The position numbers and the translations under genes are program-made. From contig CAYZZF010000001.1 of the NCBI GenBank assembly GCA_964483115.1, positions 19,907 through 83,906 on the forward strand: a stretch of 64,000 bases of DNA, written 5' to 3'. The notes under the pieces were generated by a model. That model was not told where the DNA came from, did no database searches, and saw nothing but the letters and a program-made list of their open reading frames with translations. Origin of the DNA: an uncultured Gammaproteobacteria bacterium. Its GTDB lineage: Bacteria > Patescibacteriota > Microgenomatia > Levybacterales > UBA12049. Below, piece after piece: positions 19,104 through 28,218 of this stretch (positions are counted from its first letter, which is position 1; every line of letters starts with the position of its first letter).

Positions 19104-19873
19104 ATAAAATATCAGCTATAGTTATTGCAAAGAATGAAGAGGATATGATTGTAGATTGCCTTGAGTCTCTTACTTTTTGCGATGAAATTATTGTTATCGA
19201 TAACGGTTCAATCGATAGAACAAGAGATATCGCAAAGAAGATTGGTGCGAAAGTTTTTGAATACAAATCAAACGATTTTTCGCAGTTAAGGAATTTTGGA
19301 CTAAGCAAAACAACAGGCAATTGGATTTTATATGTTGATGCAGATGAAAGAATCTCGTCTCCTCTGGCAGACGAGATTCAATTCAAAATTCAAAATTCCC
19401 CCGCCTCTCCAAGCGAAGTGGAGCAGGTAAAATTCAAAATTTATAGATTGAAGAGAAAAAATTTTTACCTTGGGAATAATGAATGGCCTTATATTGAGAG
19501 ACTGGAAAGATTATTCAAAAAGGAAAGTCTTAAAGGCTGGAAAGGAAAATTACATGAAAGTCCTATTGTGGAGGGCAAAATAGGTGAGCTCGACGGATTT
19601 TTACTTCACTATACGCATATGAACCTTGCATCAATAGTAAATAAAACAATCGAATGGTCGAAGATTGAAGCAGAATTAAGGCTTAAAGCAGGGCATCCCA
19701 AAATGACATGGTGGCGTTTTCCGCGTGTTATGCTTTCTGCTTTTTTGGATTCTTATATTAAACAGGGAGGGTGGAGAGTGGGAACAGCAGGACTTATCGA
19801 AAGTATTTACCAGTCATTTAGCATATTTATAACCTACGCAAGACTTTGGGAAATGCAGAATAAGAAAAAGTAG
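19100..19873 (+). CDS. GT2 glycosyltransferase (WaaE/KdtX-like subgroup)
   Basis: ISAIVIAKNEEDMIVDCLESLTFCDEIIVIDNGSIDRT. I chose the ATG at 19100 (ATGA overlap with the upstream stop) rather than the ORF-track start 19037. Confidence 0.65.
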   Translation: MNKISAIVIAKNEEDMIVDCLESLTFCDEIIVIDNGSIDRTRDIAKKIGAKVFEYKSNDFSQLRNFGLSKTTGNWILYVDADERISSPLADEIQFKIQNSPASPSEVEQVKFKIYRLKRKNFYLGNNEWPYIERLERLFKKESLKGWKGKLHESPIVEGKIGELDGFLLHYTHMNLASIVNKTIEWSKIEAELRLKAGHPKMTWWRFPRVMLSAFLDSYIKQGGWRVGTAGLIESIYQSFSIFITYARLWEMQNKKK

Positions 19874-19946
19874 ACTAAATCACTAGAAGATAATAAAAAT
19901 AAAAATATTTGTAAGCCCATTAATTCCGCAGTATAATTCAAAATAA

Positions 19947-20513
19947 ATGAATCAGAATCAGCCGAAAGAAGAAATAGAAAAACTTATTGCTAGGTACAAA
20001 CAACTAAAGTCTTCTGGGAAAGCCAAAAGCTACACAGAGGAAGCCACAAAAAAAGATTTCGTCCTTCCCTTATTTAAGCTTTTAGATTGGAAGGTGGAGG
20101 AAGATGAAGTATCCGCAGAAGAATATATTAAGTCGTCAGGAAAGGCAGATTGCGGTTTTTATCTGACTGATAGAATCCAGTTCTATTTAGAGACAAAACA
20201 GTTAAAAGCTGATTTAGATAAGGAAGAATATGCTAATCAAACAATTAGGTATTCCTTCAATAAGGGCGCTACTTGGGCAGTTCTAGCTAATTTTGAAAGC
20301 ATTAAAGTTTTTAATGCGCAAGGTCTTTTTAAATATTTAGGCGATAAATTATATTTTGAAATAAAGTATTATTCAGAGTATTAAGATCGTTTTGATCAGT
20401 TGTGGTTATTATCAAGGGAGTCATTCAGCAACGATATAATTGATAAAGAAGGTAAAAAAATAGGTAAAAAGATACAAAAAGTCCCAATAACAGAGCAGCT
20501 TTATATCAAGTAG
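19947..20513 (+). pseudogene. remnant of a restriction-enzyme gene (HsdR N-terminal-like domain) with an in-frame TAA, truncated after about 190 codons
   Basis: TEEATKKDFVLPLFKLLDW resembles the HSDR_N domain. The frame continues in phase through a TAA at 20382-20384 (...DRFDQLWLLSRESF...) to a TAG at 20511. Confidence 0.4.
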
Positions 20514-20514
20514 T

Positions 20515-22854
20515 ATGTTTAAAAATTTTATTTTGAGGTTTTGGCCGGTTATTTTTATTTTTTTAATCTGGTTTATTTTTTCAAGTCCTTATTTTCTTAA
20601 AAATAGAGTCCCGTTCGCTTCGACTTATCAAGTTAATTTTTTTCCTCCTTGGAGCGCTTACCCCCAGTTTGCGGGTCCGGTTAAAAATAATGCAATGCCT
20701 GATGTTATTACTCAAATTTACCCATGGAAGCATTTTACAATAGAAACTTATAAACAAGGCCATATCCCTCTTTGGAATCCCTATAGTTTTTCAGGAACCC
20801 CACATCTTGCAAATTATCAGTCAGCAGTACTTTCCTCATTTAATTTATTGTTTTTTATAATGCCTTTTGTTGATGCATGGAGCATTCTTGTCCTTCTTCA
20901 ACCTCTTTTAGCTGGTATTTTTATGTATTTATTTACCAGAAGTCTTGAGAGGAGTAAATTTGCAAGCCTTATCGCATCTATCTCGTTTATGTTTTCTGGA
21001 TTTATTACTGTTTGGATGGGTTATGCGACTTTAGGATACGCCATTTTATTTTTACCTCTTTGCCTTTTTGCAATAGAAAAATATTATAAGACAGCCAAGT
21101 TCAAGTTCTTAATTCTACTTTCTATAACTATTCCCCTATCTTTCTTCAGCGGTCATTTCCAAATTAGCTTATATTTTTTAGCGACAATCTTTATTTACGT
21201 TATTTATAAATTTATCACTACTAAAAATATACATAATACTTTATATGTAATACTTTATACTTTTTTTGGTCTGCTTTTGGCAATGCCGCAGCTACTCCCA
21301 TCAATAGAGTTCTATTCTCAATCATTCAGAAGTAAATTATTCCAGATACAAGAAGCAATTCCTTGGCAATATATCCCAACATTTTTAGCTCCTGATTTTT
21401 TCGGCAACCCTGTTACTAGAAATGATTGGTTCGGACATTATGCCGAATGGAATGGTTATATAGGAGTTTTACCTATAATGCTTGCTTTTTATAGTATTTT
21501 AGGTAAAAAAAAAGTTCAAACACTTTTTTTATTCATTTTTGGCATTATCACCATTTTTTTGGCGTTTAATACACCCTTATTAAATCTTATCATAAATCTT
21601 CATATACCTGTTTTATCTACCAGTGCCGCAAGCAGAATTATAGTTATCTATAGTTTTCTTTTTACTACCTTGTCAGCTTTTGGGTTTGATCAACTTATTA
21701 AAGATATAAAATATGGAAATTTGAAGAAAATCATTATTTGGTTTGTTGCATTTTTATTAGTTTTTATAGTTTTATGGGCGATAGTTATTTTAAAATTATT
21801 TATACCGGCCGAACGAATTATCGTTGCTAGACAAAATCTTATTCTACCAACACTTATTTTTCTTGTTTCTTATTTCTTAATTTTTATCGGAGTTGTTTTT
21901 AGAAGATACAGTAAAAACTCCCTTTTTATATTGTCACTTTCTATAATTTTAATTTTTGTCGTTTCTTTTGATATGCTCAGATTTACGTTAAAATGGCAAG
22001 CTTTCGACCCTAAAAATTTAGTTTTTCCTGATGTTAAAACTACTAGGGAATTCTCTAAAATTTTAGGATACGAACGAGTGTTAGGCAATCTTGAAGGAGA
22101 AGATACTGTTTATTATAGCATTCCCTCTGTTGATGGATACGATGCTTTGTACATTAAAAGATATGGTGAATTTATAGCTTCGCTTGACAATGGAAAAATT
22201 AAAGAATCTTACCGTTCTGTAGTCGCTTTTCCAAAAAATGGTATATATACCCCAAAAGCAATTAACCTTTTAGGAATTAAATATATTATCCATAAGGTAG
22301 CCGATAATAATAAAGCTTGGGCTTTCCCGTTTGGGTCTTATCCAAAGGGAAACTTTAATCTTATTTATGATGACGGCAGGTATCAAATTTTTGAAAACAA
22401 AACTGTTTTTCCCCGCGTGTTTTTAGTAGGCGAGTATAAAGTTATTACAGACCCTCAAAAGATTATTGATACAATGTTTAGTGATAATTTTAATTTAAAG
22501 AAAGAAATTGTCTTAGAAAAAGACCCGGGTATTAAGAAAACAAAACAAGATATAGGCAGTGCAAATATTACCAATTACAGTCCAGATCAAATAGATATTG
22601 ATGTTGCCGTAAATAATCAAGGGCTGCTTTTTTTGTCTGATAGCTATTACAGAGACTGGAAAGCCGAGATTGATGGGGTAGATACACCGATTTATAGAGC
22701 TGATTATACTTTTAGAGCAATTAAGGTTCCTTCAGGAAAGCACATAATTAGATTTATTTATGACCCAAAGAGTTTTAGATTAGGAATCTATCTAGCAGTT
22801 TTGGGGATAATTCTTATTTTAGTACTAGTACCTAGGCATGATCCCAAAATTTAA
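20515..22854 (+). CDS. yfhO: YfhO-family GT-C membrane glycosyltransferase (paralog)
   Basis: QIYPWKHFTIETYKQGHIPLWNPYSFSGTPHLANYQSAVLS. Confidence 0.75.
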   Translation: MFKNFILRFWPVIFIFLIWFIFSSPYFLKNRVPFASTYQVNFFPPWSAYPQFAGPVKNNAMPDVITQIYPWKHFTIETYKQGHIPLWNPYSFSGTPHLANYQSAVLSSFNLLFFIMPFVDAWSILVLLQPLLAGIFMYLFTRSLERSKFASLIASISFMFSGFITVWMGYATLGYAILFLPLCLFAIEKYYKTAKFKFLILLSITIPLSFFSGHFQISLYFLATIFIYVIYKFITTKNIHNTLYVILYTFFGLLLAMPQLLPSIEFYSQSFRSKLFQIQEAIPWQYIPTFLAPDFFGNPVTRNDWFGHYAEWNGYIGVLPIMLAFYSILGKKKVQTLFLFIFGIITIFLAFNTPLLNLIINLHIPVLSTSAASRIIVIYSFLFTTLSAFGFDQLIKDIKYGNLKKIIIWFVAFLLVFIVLWAIVILKLFIPAERIIVARQNLILPTLIFLVSYFLIFIGVVFRRYSKNSLFILSLSIILIFVVSFDMLRFTLKWQAFDPKNLVFPDVKTTREFSKILGYERVLGNLEGEDTVYYSIPSVDGYDALYIKRYGEFIASLDNGKIKESYRSVVAFPKNGIYTPKAINLLGIKYIIHKVADNNKAWAFPFGSYPKGNFNLIYDDGRYQIFENKTVFPRVFLVGEYKVITDPQKIIDTMFSDNFNLKKEIVLEKDPGIKKTKQDIGSANITNYSPDQIDIDVAVNNQGLLFLSDSYYRDWKAEIDGVDTPIYRADYTFRAIKVPSGKHIIRFIYDPKSFRLGIYLAVLGIILILVLVPRHDPKI

Positions 22855-23068
22855 GTTCTTCTAGTTTCATTTTCTTTTTTGCAAAAGCAAAAAGATAGAC
22901 AATTTCAAGCACCCCAATAGAATTAACAATTAAAAGTACAATAAACCAATTTCTTTGGTCTTGTTTTGATGACTTCCATAAAGCAAGACCTTTCCACAAA
23001 AGAGACCAGAGAAAAACAATAAAAATGGCCACTGGGGGAACTTGATTGAACTGACCAAAATAGTTCAT
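22832..23068 (-). CDS. small 2-TM membrane protein (78 aa)
   Basis: MNYFGQFNQVPPVAIFIVFLW...; the Met at 23068 was chosen because the longer ORF (to 23413) would overlap the downstream GT4 gene by 280 nt. Confidence 0.35.
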   Translation of the reverse strand: MNYFGQFNQVPPVAIFIVFLWSLLWKGLALWKSSKQDQRNWFIVLLIVNSIGVLEIVYLFAFAKKKMKLEELKFWDHA

Positions 23069-23132
23069 GTTTAGAGAATAACATAGAGTAAAGAGCTTTG
23101 CAAGAGGTAGAAAAGTTGATAGAATTAAGACT

Positions 23133-24203
23133 ATGAAGATCGGGATTTTCGATCCATATCTTGATACATTAGGAGGCGGAGAAAAATATATATTTTCAAT
23201 TGTAAAATGCTTAGCAGAAAATAATGATGTTTTTATATTTTGGAAGGTAGATGATGAGCGTAAGATAAAAAGTAGAGCAGAAGAGCGTTTTGGTGTTGAC
23301 CTTTCCGGAATAAGATTTACAGATAATATCTTTGATAAAAATACTTCATTTATTAAGCGAATGTTAAGGACTAGAAATTTCGATGTCATTATATTTTTAA
23401 GCAATGGCAGCATTCCACTTCTACTGGCGAAGAAAAATATTTTGCTTTTTCAGTTTCCTGTGAATTGGGTAGATGGAAAAAAATTTCTAACCAGACTAAA
23501 GTTAAGAAAAATCAATAAAGTAATTTGTTATTCTAATTTTGTTAAAAATTATCTTGATAAGACTTTCTTAATTAATAGCTTGGTTTTGTCTCCTTATGTT
23601 GAAGAAATAGGTTTTAAATATTCAAAAAAAGAAAATATTATTTTGACAGTAGGACGTTTTACAAAATCTATAAATACAAAAAAACAAGAAGTTTTAATTG
23701 ATGCCTTTAAAAAAGTTTATAAAAAAGAATTTATCGGATGGAAGCTCTTTGTTATTGGTTCTGTTCTACCTGGTGATATTTCTTATGTGAAAGATTTAAA
23801 AAATAGAACAAGAGATTTTCCAATTGAGGTATTGGAAAATGTTTCAATATCAGAGATAAATAATTATTATAAAAGAGCCAAAATTTATTGGCATGCTTCA
23901 GGATTTGGCGAAAATTTGGAAAAGCATCCGGAGCGTGCTGAACATTTTGGAATATCAACCGTTGAGGCAATGATGGCAGGTTCTGTTCCTGTTGTGATAA
24001 AGGAAGGAGGACAGAAGGAAATTATTGATGATGGGGAAAATGGATTTTTGTGGAGTAGTTTGGACGAATTAATAAAAAAAACAAAATCATTAATGGAAGA
24101 TAGAAAGTTATGGATGAAGATGTCTGAGGAAGCAGTTAAAAAAGCAAAGACATTTAGTGAGGATAGATTTTGTAAAGAGCTCTCAAAACTTATCAATACT
24201 TGA
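23133..24203 (+). CDS. GT4 (GT-B fold) glycosyltransferase
   Basis: C-terminal HFGISTVEAMMAGSVPVV...EGG (E-x7-E-like region). Confidence 0.7.
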   Translation: MKIGIFDPYLDTLGGGEKYIFSIVKCLAENNDVFIFWKVDDERKIKSRAEERFGVDLSGIRFTDNIFDKNTSFIKRMLRTRNFDVIIFLSNGSIPLLLAKKNILLFQFPVNWVDGKKFLTRLKLRKINKVICYSNFVKNYLDKTFLINSLVLSPYVEEIGFKYSKKENIILTVGRFTKSINTKKQEVLIDAFKKVYKKEFIGWKLFVIGSVLPGDISYVKDLKNRTRDFPIEVLENVSISEINNYYKRAKIYWHASGFGENLEKHPERAEHFGISTVEAMMAGSVPVVIKEGGQKEIIDDGENGFLWSSLDELIKKTKSLMEDRKLWMKMSEEAVKKAKTFSEDRFCKELSKLINT

Positions 24204-24209
24204 TGTGTT

Positions 24210-24232
24210 AAGCTAATCCACCCTAAAGGTGG
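24210..24232 (+). promoter_or_regulatory. conserved post-stop motif AAGCTAATCCACCCTAAAGGTGG (copy 2), a hairpin CCACC-ctaaa-GGTGG
   Basis: Second copy of the same motif. Runs into the TTG start of the YfhO gene at 24234. Confidence 0.4.
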
Positions 24233-24233
24233 T

Positions 24234-26558
24234 TTGGTAGTTATGAAGAAAAAATTACCGTATTTTTTAATTATAACAATTTCTATTTTATTTTTCTGGC
24301 AATTTATCTTTAAGGAGTTCTTACCTATTCCTTCGGACACCATTGTTGGACTTTATCATCCTTTTCGTGACTTTTACGCAAAAGATTATCCAAGAGGCAT
24401 TCCGTTTAAGAATTATTTAATTACAGATCCCGTAAGAGAACAGTATCCGTGGAGATATTTAACCATTAATATTGAAAAAAAAATTAATTTGCCGTTATGG
24501 AATCCATATAATTTTGCAGGAACACCGCTTCTTGCCAATTATCAATCTGGCGCATTTTATCCCTTAAATATACTGTTCTTCTTTATGTCATTTTATAAAG
24601 CATGGAGTATTCTTATATTTTTTGAGCCTCTTTTGGCAGGATTTTTTTTGTATCTCTATCTTGATAATTTAAGATTAAATAAATGGGCAAGCTTTTTTGG
24701 ATCGTTATCCTTGATGTTTTCTGGTTTTTTTGTTGCCTGGATGGAATGGGGAACTGTAATTAATACCGTACTGTGGTTGCCACTTATATTGCTATCGATA
24801 GATAAAATATTTAAAAATCAACAGATCTTAAATTTAAAATCTCAGATCTCAAAACTACAACTTAAATCTCAAAATCTAATAACTTGGAGTTTAATTTTCA
24901 TTTTTTCAATTAGTTCTTCTTTTTTGGCTGGGCATCTTCAAATTTTCTTTTACCTTTTTATTGTCACAACGCTATATATTCTTGCTCGGTGGTTGCAGCT
25001 ACAACAAAGAAATTCAAAATTTTTACTTATATTCTTAGTTTCTTATATTTTATTTTTTATATTGACTTCAATTCAATGGATTCCAACTTTTCAATTTATC
25101 CTTCGTTCAGCGCGAAATGTTGATCAGCTACCTTTCCAGAATTCTGGATGGTTTATTCCTTGGCAAAACCTTATTCAGTTTATTGCCCCTGATTTTTTTG
25201 GAAACCCTACGACTCTTAATTATTGGGGAATTTGGAACTATGGGGAATTCGTTGGCTATATAGGTATCTTACCTATTATTATGGCTCTATTTTCTTTATT
25301 TTTTCGTCATGATAGAAAAACTTTGTTTTTTGGAAGTATATTTTTTCTGTCTCTTATCTTTTCTCTTCCGACGATCTTTGCGAATCTTCCATTTTTACTT
25401 CAAATCCCCTTTATTGATACTGCACAGCCGACCAGACTCTTATTTATAACAGATTTTTCTCTTGCCGTTCTTGCGGCTTTTGGTTTTGATTATTTTCTAA
25501 GGACAAAAAGCAAAAAAGAGATCTTATATCCTTTAGGTTTTATAGCAATCTTTTTTTCACTTTTATGGGTCTTTGTTCTATTTGGAGTTTATATAACAAG
25601 GCTGGTTTCGCAAGAGAATTTATTTGTTGCAAAACACAATCTCATTTTACCTACAAGTATATTTTTGATGCTAAGCCTATTTATTTTCATATTGTCGTTT
25701 CTTAAAAAGCTCAGTAAAAATGTCATTCTAATAGTGTATATTATCATAGTGGGCTTGACTGTTTTCGATTTATTGAGATTTAGTTTTAAGTTTACCCCAT
25801 TTATAAAAAGACAATATCTTTTTCCAACTACAAAGACGCTTTCTTTTCTTGAAAAACAAAAAGGGAATTTTAGGATTATGACAACAGACTCAAAAATCCT
25901 GCCGCCCAATTTTTCTATTATGTACAATTTACAAAGTATTGATGGTTACGATCCTTTATATCTTAAAAGATATGCAGAACTTATTGCCGCATTAGAGAGA
26001 GGACGGCCCGATATAGCTCCACCTTTTGGATTTAACAGAATTATTACGCCGCATAATTATTCATCAAAAATTATAGATCTTTTAGGAGTGAAATATATAT
26101 TAAGTCTTTCTGATATTTCCTCAAGTAGCCTTGTTAAAATTTTTCAAGAAGGTCAGACAAAAGTCTATAAAAATTTAAACGCTTTACCCCGGTCATTCTT
26201 CGTTAATCAAGTTAGGTTAACAAAGAATAAGAATGAAACAATAGAAGAAATGTTTAGAAAAGATTTTGATCCGTTAGAAACAGCAATAGTCGAAAATTTC
26301 CAAAGTGTCCTATCTATTCCATTTCTAGGGTGGAATAGGGGGAAGGCAGAAATTACTAATTATTCTGAAAATGAAATTATAATTAGAACAGAAAATAAAG
26401 GTGAAGGGTTCTTGGTTTTAGTTGATAGTTATTATCCTACATGGCATGCATTTATCGATGGAAAAGAGACAAAAATTTTTTTAACTGACTATAATTTTAG
26501 AGGCATAATTGTTCCAGAAGGGAAACATCAGGTTGTTTTTTATAATTCATTATTATGA
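24234..26558 (+). CDS. yfhO: YfhO-family GT-C membrane glycosyltransferase (paralog)
   Basis: EQYPWRYLT...LPLWNPYNFAGTPLLANYQSGAFYP. TTG start at 24234, or ATG at 24243. Contains a degenerate heptamer tract. Confidence 0.7.
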   Translation: MVVMKKKLPYFLIITISILFFWQFIFKEFLPIPSDTIVGLYHPFRDFYAKDYPRGIPFKNYLITDPVREQYPWRYLTINIEKKINLPLWNPYNFAGTPLLANYQSGAFYPLNILFFFMSFYKAWSILIFFEPLLAGFFLYLYLDNLRLNKWASFFGSLSLMFSGFFVAWMEWGTVINTVLWLPLILLSIDKIFKNQQILNLKSQISKLQLKSQNLITWSLIFIFSISSSFLAGHLQIFFYLFIVTTLYILARWLQLQQRNSKFLLIFLVSYILFFILTSIQWIPTFQFILRSARNVDQLPFQNSGWFIPWQNLIQFIAPDFFGNPTTLNYWGIWNYGEFVGYIGILPIIMALFSLFFRHDRKTLFFGSIFFLSLIFSLPTIFANLPFLLQIPFIDTAQPTRLLFITDFSLAVLAAFGFDYFLRTKSKKEILYPLGFIAIFFSLLWVFVLFGVYITRLVSQENLFVAKHNLILPTSIFLMLSLFIFILSFLKKLSKNVILIVYIIIVGLTVFDLLRFSFKFTPFIKRQYLFPTTKTLSFLEKQKGNFRIMTTDSKILPPNFSIMYNLQSIDGYDPLYLKRYAELIAALERGRPDIAPPFGFNRIITPHNYSSKIIDLLGVKYILSLSDISSSSLVKIFQEGQTKVYKNLNALPRSFFVNQVRLTKNKNETIEEMFRKDFDPLETAIVENFQSVLSIPFLGWNRGKAEITNYSENEIIIRTENKGEGFLVLVDSYYPTWHAFIDGKETKIFLTDYNFRGIIVPEGKHQVVFYNSLL
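24827..24878 (+). repeat. degenerate 7-nt periodic tract (cttaaat ttaaaat ctcagat ctcaaaa ctacaac ttaaatc tcaaaat) in the YfhO gene at 24234
   Basis: Read directly: 7-nt periodicity of [ct]t[ca]aaat-like units. Encodes LNLKSQISKLQLKSQN. Confidence 0.7.
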
Positions 26559-27502
26559 ACGTAAGCATTATTATTCCAAATTATAATGGAGAAAAGCTTT
26601 TAAAGAAAAATTTGCCGGAGGTTTTTAAAGCAGCAGTTAATTATAAAAATGGGGAAGTAGAAATTATTTTTGTTGACGATGGCTCCATTGATAAAAGTAC
26701 AACTTTTATCAAATCTCAAATCTCAAAACTCAAGACTCAAAACTTCGAATTGAAACTTCTTAAAAACCAGAAAAATCTTGGGTTTTCATCGACGGTAAAT
26801 CATGGGGCAAGAGAAGCAAAAGGAGATATTTTGGTTTTGCTGAATACAGATGTTATTCCGGAGAAAAATTTCCTGGAGCCATTGATAGAGCATTTTAAAG
26901 ATAATGATGTATTTGCGGTTGGGTGCATGGATAAAAGTGTTGAGGACAATCAAGTCATTTTAAGAGGTAGAGGTATTGGAAAATGGCAAAGAGGATTTTT
27001 GGTTCATGAAAGGGGGGAGGTTAATAAAAACAATACTCTTTGGGTAAGTGGCGGGAGCGGAGCTTTTAGAAAATCAATTTGGGATAAGCTTTCTGGGCTT
27101 AATGAGCTTTATAATCCATTTTACTACGAAGATATTGATTTATCCTACAGGGCTCTTAAGTCAGGATATAAATTATTGTTTGAACCCGACAGCGTAGCTT
27201 TGCACGAACATCAAAAAGGTATAATAAGAAGAAAATATTCAAACTTTAAAGTAAAGACAATTGCATATAAAAATCAATTTATTTTTGTTTGGGAGAATGC
27301 TACAGATATTGATATTCAATTTTTACATTTTTTATGGTTACCATACCATTTTATTAAGGCTGTTATAAGATTAGATTGGGCCTTTTTTCTTGGTTTTTTT
27401 GAAGCTTTTATTTTACTGCCGAAGGTTATAAAATTTAGTTTTAAGGCGCAAAAATTATTTATTAAATCAGATAAGGAAGTGGTGAAAGAATTTGAAAAAT
27501 GA
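26555..27502 (+). CDS. GT2 glycosyltransferase
   Basis: VSIIIPNYNGEKLL, FVDDGSIDKS and LLNTDVIPE. Has a heptamer tract inserted between DDGS and the NLGFS motif. Confidence 0.7.
   Translation: MNVSIIIPNYNGEKLLKKNLPEVFKAAVNYKNGEVEIIFVDDGSIDKSTTFIKSQISKLKTQNFELKLLKNQKNLGFSSTVNHGAREAKGDILVLLNTDVIPEKNFLEPLIEHFKDNDVFAVGCMDKSVEDNQVILRGRGIGKWQRGFLVHERGEVNKNNTLWVSGGSGAFRKSIWDKLSGLNELYNPFYYEDIDLSYRALKSGYKLLFEPDSVALHEHQKGIIRRKYSNFKVKTIAYKNQFIFVWENATDIDIQFLHFLWLPYHFIKAVIRLDWAFFLGFFEAFILLPKVIKFSFKAQKLFIKSDKEVVKEFEK
26709..26743 (+). repeat. (TCAAATC)x2 plus three variant units, in-frame in the GT2 gene at 26555
   Basis: tcaaatc tcaaatc tcaaaac tcaagac tcaaaac. Confidence 0.85.
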
Positions 27503-28215
27503 AATTATCAATTATAATGCCTGTTTTTAATGAGGAGAAAACAATACGAGATATTCTTGGAAAAGTGGTTGCTGTAGATATCCAAGGTGTTAGCAAAGAA
27601 ATTATTGTTGTTGATGACGGATCGACTGATGCTAGCGCATCTCAAATCTCAAATCTCAAATCTCAAAACTTAAATTTTAAATTTATACAACATAAAAAAA
27701 ATATGGGGAAAGGAGCAGCTGTTAGGGCAGGAATTGAAAATTCGACAGGGGATTATATCATAATTCAAGATGCGGATTTGGAATATGAGCCAAATGATAT
27801 AAAAAAACTTATTGCGCCAGTTCAAAAGGGCCAAGCACAGGTTGTATATGGGACAAGACTTAATCGCCTGCCGAATTTTACAAGAGATGAGAGAACCTTT
27901 CTTTTTCTGCTGCACTATCTTGGTAACAGATTCTTAAGTCTTGTAACAAGCATTTTATACAGACAGTGGATTACCGATATGGAAACCTGCTATAAACTTT
28001 TTCCCAAAAAAGCTTTAGAGAAAGTAAAACTTAATTCTAGAAGATTTGATTTTGAACCGGAAATCACTTCTAAGTTACTTAAGAAAGAGTATAAAATTTT
28101 AGAAGTACCAATCGTAACTAAACCTAGGGGATACGATGAAGGGAAAAAACTTCACACAATAAGGGATGGATCTATAGCTTTATGGACATTAATAAAATAC
28201 AGATTTATCGATTAA
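27499..28215 (+). CDS. GT2 polyprenyl-phosphate sugar synthase (DPM1/GtrB-like)
   Basis: LSIIMPVFNEE, VVDDGSTDAS and IQDADLEYEP. Has an (ATCTCAA)x4 tract after DDGSTDAS. Confidence 0.7.
   Translation: MKLSIIMPVFNEEKTIRDILGKVVAVDIQGVSKEIIVVDDGSTDASASQISNLKSQNLNFKFIQHKKNMGKGAAVRAGIENSTGDYIIIQDADLEYEPNDIKKLIAPVQKGQAQVVYGTRLNRLPNFTRDERTFLFLLHYLGNRFLSLVTSILYRQWITDMETCYKLFPKKALEKVKLNSRRFDFEPEITSKLLKKEYKILEVPIVTKPRGYDEGKKLHTIRDGSIALWTLIKYRFID
27639..27685 (+). repeat. (ATCTCAA)x4 perfect plus degenerate units, in-frame in the GT2 gene at 27499
   Basis: atctcaa x4 then aacttaa attttaa. Encodes SQISNLKSQNLNFK. Confidence 0.95.
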
Positions 28216-28218
28216 TTT

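Noticed and set aside
21208-21250. Apparent 12-nt duplication (taatactttata...) in the YfhO gene at 20515
   Set aside because: Only two imperfect copies, and the unit is a multiple of 3. It is not comparable to the x4 heptamer tracts.
22832-23413. Long version (193 aa) of the minus-strand small membrane protein
   Set aside because: It would overlap the GT4 gene at 23133 by 280 nt. An internal ATG at 23068 gives a compact 78-aa 2-TM protein. Even that call is low confidence.
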